NCBI RefSeq assembly: GCF_006345805.1
Contig: NW_021831731.1
Span: forward strand, 299,162 to 363,161
DNA: 64,000 nucleotides
Reading direction: 5' to 3'
From: Octopus sinensis
Lineage: Eukaryota
Position numbers and translations under genes: made by a program. Of this stretch, positions 54,581 through 64,000 are shown one piece after another. The number at the start of each line of letters is the position of its first letter. Within the stretch, counting starts at the first letter, position 1. Under the pieces are notes generated by a model. That model saw only the letters and a list, made by a program, of their open reading frames with translations, made no database searches and was not told where the DNA came from.

Positions 54581-55745
54581 CATACATACATACATACATA
54601 CATACATACATACATACATGCATGCATGCATGCATACATACACACACATTTTTCTCATCACTTTTCGAGGAGAATAGTGATGAGTAGAAGTTACCGTGTT
54701 ATCACCCCTGCGAATTCCTCCCTCAATTCAGAATTATAAATTAATTTGATGAACCCCAATAATCCACTCCACTATGGACTTTCTACATGGAAGTTCACCA
54801 TTCTAGAAATAGCACTCAAATCTCCTTCAAATCAGAGCTATCATCTTAAAATAATATGGGTACACTAGATAGCTGCGTATTACCTGAAGCATAGAAAAAA
54901 GCATGTGATGACCAGGAAATAAATAAGAGCAACTCTAATAGTTGGTAGTTTTGACTCATCAATTTAAGCTCACCACCACAAGCTAATGACACATCCTAAA
55001 TATTCATCAATCACATTGTTTCCACAAAGGAAATGCGCTTTAACATTCCAATATATTTATTATAAACACTAGATAGCTTTCGTCCTCGAAAAGTGCGTTT
55101 ATCAAAGTCAAAGCGCAGGCTGACAGGCATTACCAATATCCACTTGGCCAACGACTGCCCCCGTAACAATTCTGAATGAGAACAAATTTATATTTGTCTC
55201 AAAATAAGTCTTTGTAATATAATAGTAACTACTTTTGGCAGAAAAGATTCGACTATAATTTAGAGAGAATAATTTCCAACTTAGTTTCCGTGGGAATTTA
55301 ATTCTGTTCATTGCAACCAGAGTAATTCTGTTAGTAAATTGGTGCAGTGACTGAAGTTTTGGCAAAACGTCAATGTCATTTCAGATACACACAAGAATGT
55401 AAGTGAAATTAACGTCTCATCAAAGAGCAGATACAGACAAATGCATATTTGATGTGAAACATTCTTTCAGTCTCAAGATTTAAGCTACAAAGTAGATTAC
55501 CTAACAACACACAGTAAACTATAGGCATATACAATAAGAATACATACATTAAGAGTAAAATATACTGTCACATATATTAAATTATACTTTCAGTAGAATG
55601 GGAAACTGTGTTGCCACAAACATTACACTGAGCTAACATAGAAAACATTACTGTTTATAGAATAATGGATTCTATCACATGCACTATACTGATGTGCTAT
55701 ATATATACATACATCCACATATCTATCTATCTTTAAATATATATG

Positions 55746-55803
<58 letters not shown>

Positions 55804-55891
55804 CTGTTATACATATGCGTATATATATCATCATATATTTTGTAGGTAGTTATACATAAATTTATATATATATATATATATATAATATATA

Positions 55892-55935
<44 letters not shown>

Positions 55936-56146
55936 TATATAAGCATACGCACACATGTCTGTATATACGTAACTACATATATCTGTAGATGCAAACATAT
56001 GTACATGGGTACAGTGCACTGCGTACGTTAGAATAGATTATTATATAACGAGTAATGTCTCTTTGACGTTAGCACAATGTACTGTGTGGCAATATGGTAT
56101 ATAACAGGATACATGCGCACAGGTATATGTATGCATATATATATAT

Positions 56147-56213
<67 letters not shown>

Positions 56214-56280
56214 GCACACATACATATACATATATGTACTGTTATATAGATATAGATATAGATATATATGCATATACATA

Positions 56281-56640
56281 TAGGCGTGACTGCGTGGTAA
56301 GAAGCTTCCTTCCCGATCACATGGCTTCGATTCAATCCCACTACGTGGCGCCTTTACCAAGCCTTGTGGGTAGATATGGTAGATGGAAACTGAAAGAAGC
56401 CTGTCGTATCTATATATATGCATATATTCATGTGTGTGTGTGTGTGTGTCTTTGTATTTGTCTGCCCACCATCGCTTGACAATTGATGCGGGTGTGCCTT
56501 CGTCCTCGCAAATTTGTGGTTTGGCAAAAGACCGATAAAATATGTACTAAGCTTACAAAGAATTAGTCCTGGGATCGATTTCTTGGACTAACACCATTTG
56601 AAGCTTTGCTCAAGTATGGCCAAAGTCAAATGACAGAAAA
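56281..56640 (+). mobile_element. Second SINE family with internal microsatellite
   Basis: tRNA-like head GGCGTGACTGCGTGGTAAGAAG..GATTCAATCCC; homologous to the antisense copy at 57415-57830. Confidence 0.7.
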
Positions 56641-57014
56641 AAGAATAAAAGAATATATATAATTACATACCTATATATTTATAATATTTGTAGTTATATA
56701 AATATATTTCGGTAAAGTATGTATATATATATGCACAAATACATACATAAAACACAAACATATACATAAATATTGGCACGCGCGCACACACATACACACA
56801 CACGCACACATACATGTATATTTTCTTTATATTTCTTCGAATTATGTATTTCCTTTTCACTTTGATTGTAAGCATAGCAGTTGAGTAACTATGTTTTTGC
56901 AAGTTATGTTTCCACGTAACTCGGGATGGGGAGACATTTATTTCACCCAGGAAAAACATTTATTCCACGTTCGCTACACATACACACGTGTGCGCGCGCG
57001 CACACGCACACACA

Positions 57015-57245
57015 TACGCGGGACGCTGAAAAGTTCCTGGCTTTGGGTGAAAGAAAGTACAGGAGAGTCAGTTAATAATGGTTTCATTCAAAATATTCCC
57101 CTCTCAGATCTACACACTTATAGTAGCGATCCTTTAGTTTTTTTTTTAATCCCTATAAAAGAACTCAGAAGTCTGGGCCTGCAACCAGGTCTTTCGCGAC
57201 ACCCTTAAAGCCATGAACTTTTCAGCTCCCCTCGTATTTCAGGTT
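57015..57245 (-). mobile_element. mariner 3' end fragment
   Basis: WLQAQTSEFFY..KLKDRYYKCVDLRGEYFE*, followed by a TIR-like GGGACGCTGAAAAGTTCC on +. Confidence 0.65.
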
Positions 57246-57414
57246 CAATTCGAAACTATTGATAACATGCAACATGTAGCTCAGTACAACATGTACTCAC
57301 GTTCAGGTCGTTGTCGACTTAACCCATTCACTCTGTTTCAGTAGGTTGAAACACAGTAGGAGAAATACAAGACGTCAAAACGTAGAAGAAACCTCTACAG
57401 AGTCAACGAATATC

Positions 57415-57830
57415 TCTCTTACTCTTTTACTCTTTTATTTGCTTCAGTCATGTTACTGTGGCCATGCAGGAGCACCGCCTTTGGTCGAGCAAATCGACCC
57501 CAGAACTTACTCTTTGCAAGCCTAGTACTTATTCTATCGGTCCTTTTGACGAACCGCTAAGTTACGGGGACGTAAACACGCCAGCATCGGTTGTCAAGTG
57601 ATGTTGGGTGGACAAACACAGCCACAAAAACTTATACACATACATACATATATATATATACATATATACGACGGGCTTTCAGTTTCCGTCTACCAAATCC
57701 ACTCACAAGGCATTGGTCAGGCCGAGGCTATAGTAGAAGACACTAGCCCAAGGTGCCACGCAGTGGGACTGAATCCGGAACCATGTTGTTCGTAAGCAAG
57801 CTACTTACCACACACCCACTCCTACGCCTA
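57415..57830 (-). mobile_element. Second SINE family, antisense copy
   Basis: Shares GTAGAxxGAAACTGAAAG and the head and tail with 56281-56640. Confidence 0.7.
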
Positions 57831-58244
57831 TAATCTAGTAATAAAACACAAGGACATAGAAACACACAGTATGATGAACGAGCGAGTTTTGGAGTAACAT
57901 CCATATAGAAAATAGTAATTTTAAAACATTTTCTGCATTGTTTGCTGGCTTAGTTGACGGAAACTAAGAGAAGGAATCTCTAATATAAAGCCGCCATTTT
58001 CTGCGTTGTTAGTCAGCTTGGTATTTTCTTGTCATTGGAACATAGCAACTGATATATAGAGAGTGATATTTGTTTGTACAAGCACATTTCACTACAAGCT
58101 CTATGAAGTACAGTATATTGATGCCTAATTCTATCCAACATCGTAGTATGAGAAATAATCTTTTGTCGAGGGGTGAGTGGTGACGAGGTAGAAGCATACG
58201 ACTATAAACCTGAACATTAGGCGAGGAGGTATTTATTTTATACA

Positions 58245-58369
<125 letters not shown>

Positions 58370-58408
58370 GACTATCTATCTGACTATCTATCTATTTACC
58401 TATCTATC

Positions 58409-58635
58409 GGCGAGCTGGCAGAAACGTTAGCTCGCCGGACGAAATGCCTAGCGGTATTTCGTCTGTCGTTACGTTCTGAGTTCAAATTCTGCCGAGGTCG
58501 CCTTTGCCTTTCATCCTTTCGGGGTCGATAAATAAAGTACCAGTTTCGCTCTGGGGTCGATGTAATCGACTTAATCCGTTTGACTGTCCTTGTTTGTCCC
58601 CCCTATGTTTAGCCCCTTCTGGGCAGTAAAGAAAT
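58409..58635 (+). mobile_element. tRNA-derived SINE, full copy, next to an (ATCT)n tract
   Basis: A-box-like GCTGGCAGAAACG and B-box-like GAGTTCAAATTC, with the shared body. Confidence 0.85.
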
Positions 58636-59658
58636 ATATCTATATATCTATCTGTCTGTCTGTCTGTCTGTCTGATTCTTATAACGCGAAATGCTAAATG
58701 ATGCATAAGAAGTGCATAAGGGTTATTGTAATTGTGGTGTCGAATCAAATTATTTCTTAATACTTAGATTTCTCATGTAGTAGGCATTAGATAGCCGTCG
58801 TATTCATCAATAAGTCTGAAGTGAACTTCATGCATGCTCTATTACTCAGTAAAATGATGATGATGATAAAAAAATAGTGTAAATATCTAAATGGATATTT
58901 AAACATCATGAAACATCATGGAGGATTAAATCATGTAAAGATATGTTATAGTAGCTTGAAATATAGGATACATCACATACAGAACAGCAATAATATGCAA
59001 CACCTAAGCAACTAATAGAAACTCATCGCTGAATGTTATACGTTTAGACACCCGGAAGGACGTTTCACTCTTTCACTATCCAACCATGTATTTAAACTTT
59101 GAAGGATAATAATATTTACAATGATAAAATCTATTGGTTCATTATATAAAATGCAATCCCCTTCATTAATGGTTCTTGAAAGTGTGATCTTTGACTTTCA
59201 GAAAATATAAACACACTATTAAAATCTTCTGCAAGTTTGAACAAAAGATCGATATTTATAAATTCTTGCGGATAATTTTAGCGATTTCTATTGAAGCGAT
59301 TTCTATTGGCGACTACCAACTAGTTAAAATAGTATACACGATGCAACTTCTACACCTAGAAGAATGCCATATATATTTAAATTGTTTTTATTTGTACTAA
59401 GGCTTCAATAACAATAGCTGACTTTCATGCTTACGTCTGTTTTATATATTTGAAACTGAAGAATAACAACTCCATGCACTTCCATATGTGAATGAATGAA
59501 TATATCACTGTGCCAACATATAATAATTAAATAAGTAAATGCATGACTTGTTTTCTATCGTTATTTCTTTTTACAGCAACAACAGCAAAAATCCAATTTC
59601 TTTATGTACTCTTGATTAATTATATTTCAATGTATTCGTGAACACTTTTAGTATGAAT

Positions 59659-59681
59659 TACACACACACACACACACACAC

Positions 59682-59731
<50 letters not shown>

Positions 59732-59742
59732 CACACACACAC

Positions 59743-59796
<54 letters not shown>
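59659..59796. repeat. (CA)n microsatellite
   Basis: Direct inspection. Confidence 0.95.
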
Positions 59797-59797
<1 letters not shown>

Positions 59798-60304
59798 GAA
59801 ATCGTAATAGTAAAGTACAACTCTATGTTTAAAATTATGTGAAGTGTTTCTCTGAATTGGAACTCCGGAAATACATTACAACTTTTTGGTATTATTGAAT
59901 GCGTATCGAACTATCTGCGTAATTTTGAATCCTGTGAAGTCGTCGACAGAGTTCTTTTGACTTTGTCGCCGCGTTGCCAAGTAACAAAGCTCATAACCAT
60001 AAAAAGAATGCATCTTAATTCACACCTGATGAACTAAATTGTGATGTTTATAGATTTGGAATATATATTTATACTTCGACGTACAAGAATTTTCCATTTT
60101 CTTTCTGTGATGTTGTATTATTAATTCTGTAACGGTTGTCAAACTCACATTAATATGCAAGTTAGCAAGCCCATGTGAATTAATACTCATTTCCCCTATA
60201 GCTGTGAGCGGCTTTCCTCTGCATCACGTTTGACAGTGTTAAATTAGTTCAATAAAGTTGCCGTGTAAAGAAGAGAATTATGATGTTTCGTCAGAGTAGT
60301 GAAG

Positions 60305-60355
<51 letters not shown>

Positions 60356-61169
60356 TATTCGATGACTGTAAATAGGGTTTAGGAGTGTCATGAAAGGTGT
60401 AGTGGAAGATAACTAAAAGAGAAAGGATTCTATTAGAAGTCAACAAAATCGAGCAACAGAAAGGAAGTGAGGATGAAGGGAGAGCATGTTATGCATAAGA
60501 GTAAAGAATTAAATTATATACACGCATACCTATACATTTATATAGAGATATATGCACAATTACGCACTCTCCCCAACACATACACACACGCTCTCATATA
60601 TATCCTGCTGTATGAATATATAGTGAAATTTATACGCATAAACATTAAAAATAAGCTAGGAAAATTTGAAAGAGGAAAAAAGTCGAAGGAGAGAAATTAC
60701 TGAGAAAGAAAAAAAATTAAGAGGAAAGAGTCATGGGGTTGAACTGATGAAAAAAAATATCTGTTTATTCCAAGGAAGACGAAATTCAGACACATGACCG
60801 TGCATACACCTGCACGTACCAAGGTTCCTATAAATAACAAAGAAAAGAAGGAGAAAAGGATGATAAAAGCAGGGACAAAAAGAAAGGAGAAGCTTTCATA
60901 CCAGTAGGTGACGGTGTTTCAAGAGTAAAGTTGATAGGCATTTCTTTATATTTCCCAGAAAGTGAGGTTATACAACAAATCAAGAAATGGTCCGTGATAG
61001 AGCCAGATGTCTTCAAATATCAGGCTACGGATTTGAATTATCTTTGAATCTTTCTGCTGACATTAAGGATTTGCTATTTTTCTTAAACACAGGTCAAAAC
61101 TGATGGAGCGTGAACAGACTTATGGTCAATAAAACTCCATTCTCTATTCTTCTTTTTATAGGGCCACTA

Positions 61170-61405
61170 AAGGCGGCGAGCTGGCAGAATCGTTAGCACG
61201 CATGGCGAAATGCTTAGCAGTATTTGGTCTGCCGCTACGTTCTGAGTTCAAATTCCGCCGAGGTCGACTTTGCCTTTCATCCTTTCGGGGTCGATTAAAT
61301 AAGTACCAATTAGGCACTGGGGTCGATATAATCGACTTAATCCGTTTGTCTGTCCTTGTTTGTCCTCTCTATGTTTAACCCCTTGTGGGTAGTAAAGAAA
61401 TAGGT
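61170..61405 (+). mobile_element. tRNA-derived SINE, full copy
   Basis: High identity to the 58409 copy and the antisense copy at 23335-23563. Confidence 0.85.
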
Positions 61406-62147
61406 CTATAGGACTATATTATCTAAATTTCCTTACTGAAGATGACGGGATGCAATCTGAAGGAAACAGGTCGATTGACCATATAGCTCCGTCTCCTCAT
61501 TTACTCGGCAAGAGAGACAGTTGATGAAACTGATACAGGAGCACTTTATGTGACCTATAACAGTGATTGATAAAGAATAGGACAAGTATGACATTAGAGA
61601 AGAAAAGTTTTATGAATCTGGAGTATATCTGCTCCATTTCGTTTCACAACGAGACAATATATTTCAAATACACAATCACTCCCACACACATAAGCATGTG
61701 CACAAAGGCGCATGAACTCGCATACACGCGCATGTACGCGCATCCACGCACAAGCGCGTATACATATATATTTCGTCATACGTTATGTGATACCAAGCGT
61801 AATTCAATTTCGTTTGTATCTTCCACATAATGGCCTCAAACCGTTTATTTAAAAATATTTAATTGATAGGAAATTTCCTATAGCTTTTATTTCCCAATCA
61901 TCTGACACAAATCATTTATTTAGCAGTTCCTTGGGATATATGCGAATATTGGCGGTTAATCAAAATAGTAAATTGAGAAATTAATTTCTAATATTATCCA
62001 TTATTAATAAATAGGTTAACAGTTTAGCCTGAAGCTTGTTTTGTTTAATAATTTCCATTTTTACAGTATAATTGATTTTCATGTTCGTTACTCAAGCAAC
62101 CAGGGTATATTTGTTGTGTTGACAAACTTATACTGATCGCAAATGAG

Positions 62148-62215
<68 letters not shown>

Positions 62216-64000
62216 AAACAAAAACAATTCGTTAAGTTCATCTATTTTCTTTTATTTTGGAAACTAACAAACATAACAAACCATTGAACAAAATTCTAGA
62301 AATACCAGCTAAATCACCTTCATCTGAAAAAAAAACCGTTGCCTTAAATATTGGTATTGACAATGTAGATTTAGATCAAACTACGAGGTGGTCACGTTTG
62401 GAATACCTTAAACCATACATCAGCGTGATGAGTGATGTCATGAGAATGGATAGTCAACATCATCGGTAACGAATAAATAAAATTTGGAAAAAAAAATGTA
62501 CTTCTCAAGAAGCTCGATGTTATGACAATAGAACAAACGTGGCTAGTTGCTGTTTCTGATCGTGATTATTGTTTCTGAGGCTAATATTCCAAACTGTTCC
62601 TTTCTGTCTATTCGAATCATTTGACAAATTTTTCCATTATTGTATATTTAAAAATTCTCACTTGTTAATTCGTCACTGATAGTCGAACGACTTCCATTTC
62701 CATAATCGTAATCTGCTTTATTGATTTCCTGAAGAAGACATTCAAATAATATTTCTCTCCCTTTTCTTCTCATAGTCATCACTGTATCTCTCTTTCTGTT
62801 TGCCTCTCTCTCTTTCTTTCTGCTTTTCTCTTTATTTCTGCCTCTCTCTCTTTCTTCTGCCTCTCTCACTTTCACTGCTTCTTTCTCTCCCCCCCTCCTT
62901 CCATCTTTCTCTCTGTCTCTCTCTTTAGGCACTGAAATATTGAAACTTTATGAGAATATCTAAGTGACTTGATCAGGGTCACTGATAAGATTTAGTGTCT
63001 GAGCGTGGACATTTGCCGAGTAACTGACATTTTATAAATTCGTTTGTTGTGACTTAAACAATCAAAATAACTTTGCTTAGGTTTTAGATAAATAATTACA
63101 CTCTATACTTCGCAGTCACACGAGAATCATGTGTAACTTTGACAGTTTTAGATTGCATATAACATGAATTCGATTAGGAAATGCTAAAATGCTTTTGGAA
63201 TTCAAAATGTAAATAAAGTGAAAACGATAATAACGAACAAAAATTGTAAGAATTAATTATTATCTTGAAATTTGTCATTTTTAGAGAAAATAAAATATGT
63301 TTCTTTCAAAACTGCATTTTAATTAGCAATTAGAATGTAATTTACCTTTCTGTTGTTGGAATCATTTTTCATGTAGTGAAGTAGTTTCTTCCATTTTCTC
63401 TGCATATTTCCAAGAAATGATAATTCTGTTTCATAGAAACGCCATATTGGAAAGACAATTTAACGGATGTAGTAACGCAAGAGGCTAAACGGATTAATTA
63501 TTGCAGAAGTCCACTACCATCACAACAAAACTTTCACCTTCATAGCCGTCTTCACTATCTCAACTACTAGTTTTCTCCTGTTCTTCCTCCTCGCTTTTCT
63601 TCGTCTTTGTCTTCTTATTCCCGCTCATCTCCTTCCTTAGAATTTCGAAATGCACCTTGGTGATACACGTTTTTATGTCTGATTTCCCTCGTTGATGTAG
63701 CTTGGATGATATAGGAATGCAGCAATATAAAACCAAATGCGAGAACAACTGACTAATTTAATGCGTAAAGCAATTTGGTTATTGAATTCAATTATTGTTC
63801 TATGGCATTAACCGGAAGACAAATTATAACAGTAAAACAAATATATTTAAGCCTTGAATAATGGCAAGTAACATTCGCATTCATGTGAGAATTTAAGAAT
63901 CCATTAGTTATGATTAGCATGATTAAAATAGGTTTAACAGCCATATTCTCGAAGTTACAGTTGTACGGCTGTTTCTTGTCTTTTATATATTACTCTCTCG

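Noticed and set aside
57991-58001. Exact YY1-like motif GCCGCCATTTT
   Set aside because: An isolated short motif with no supporting promoter context.
62257-62469. Unique-sequence ORFs of 60-90 aa (also 53771-54034, 63560-63748)
   Set aside because: No recognisable domain, mostly non-ATG starts and no convincing splice pairs; expected by chance.

Overview
AT-rich, microsatellite-dense eukaryotic (animal) genomic DNA, most likely intronic or intergenic. The SINE family, Dong/R4 LINEs and repeat density point to a coleoid cephalopod such as Octopus (inference). No host protein-coding gene can be supported, and almost all ORF-track entries are microsatellite translations or transposon debris. 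The window is a layered collection of mobile elements: (1) a near-intact, 5'-truncated CR1/L2-group LINE (31143-35302, minus) inserted with a 6-bp TSD into the RT of a Penelope-like element; (2) a decayed Helitron (Rep, PIF1 helicase, possible RPA70-like ORF) split by a Dong/R4 LINE; (3) a head-to-head palindrome of Dong/R4 3' ends; (4) several Penelope GIY-YIG tails, RTE-BovB tails, Tc1/mariner relics, a MITE and tRNA-derived SINEs. The most notable observation is in the CR1-group LINE. Its ORF1 has a PHD finger plus three CCCH fingers, and its ORF2 begins in the -1 frame with no AUG, just after a U_UUU_UUA slippery heptamer in the correct frame. This suggests a retrovirus-like -1 ribosomal frameshift in a non-LTR element. 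All alignments and counts were done by eye.
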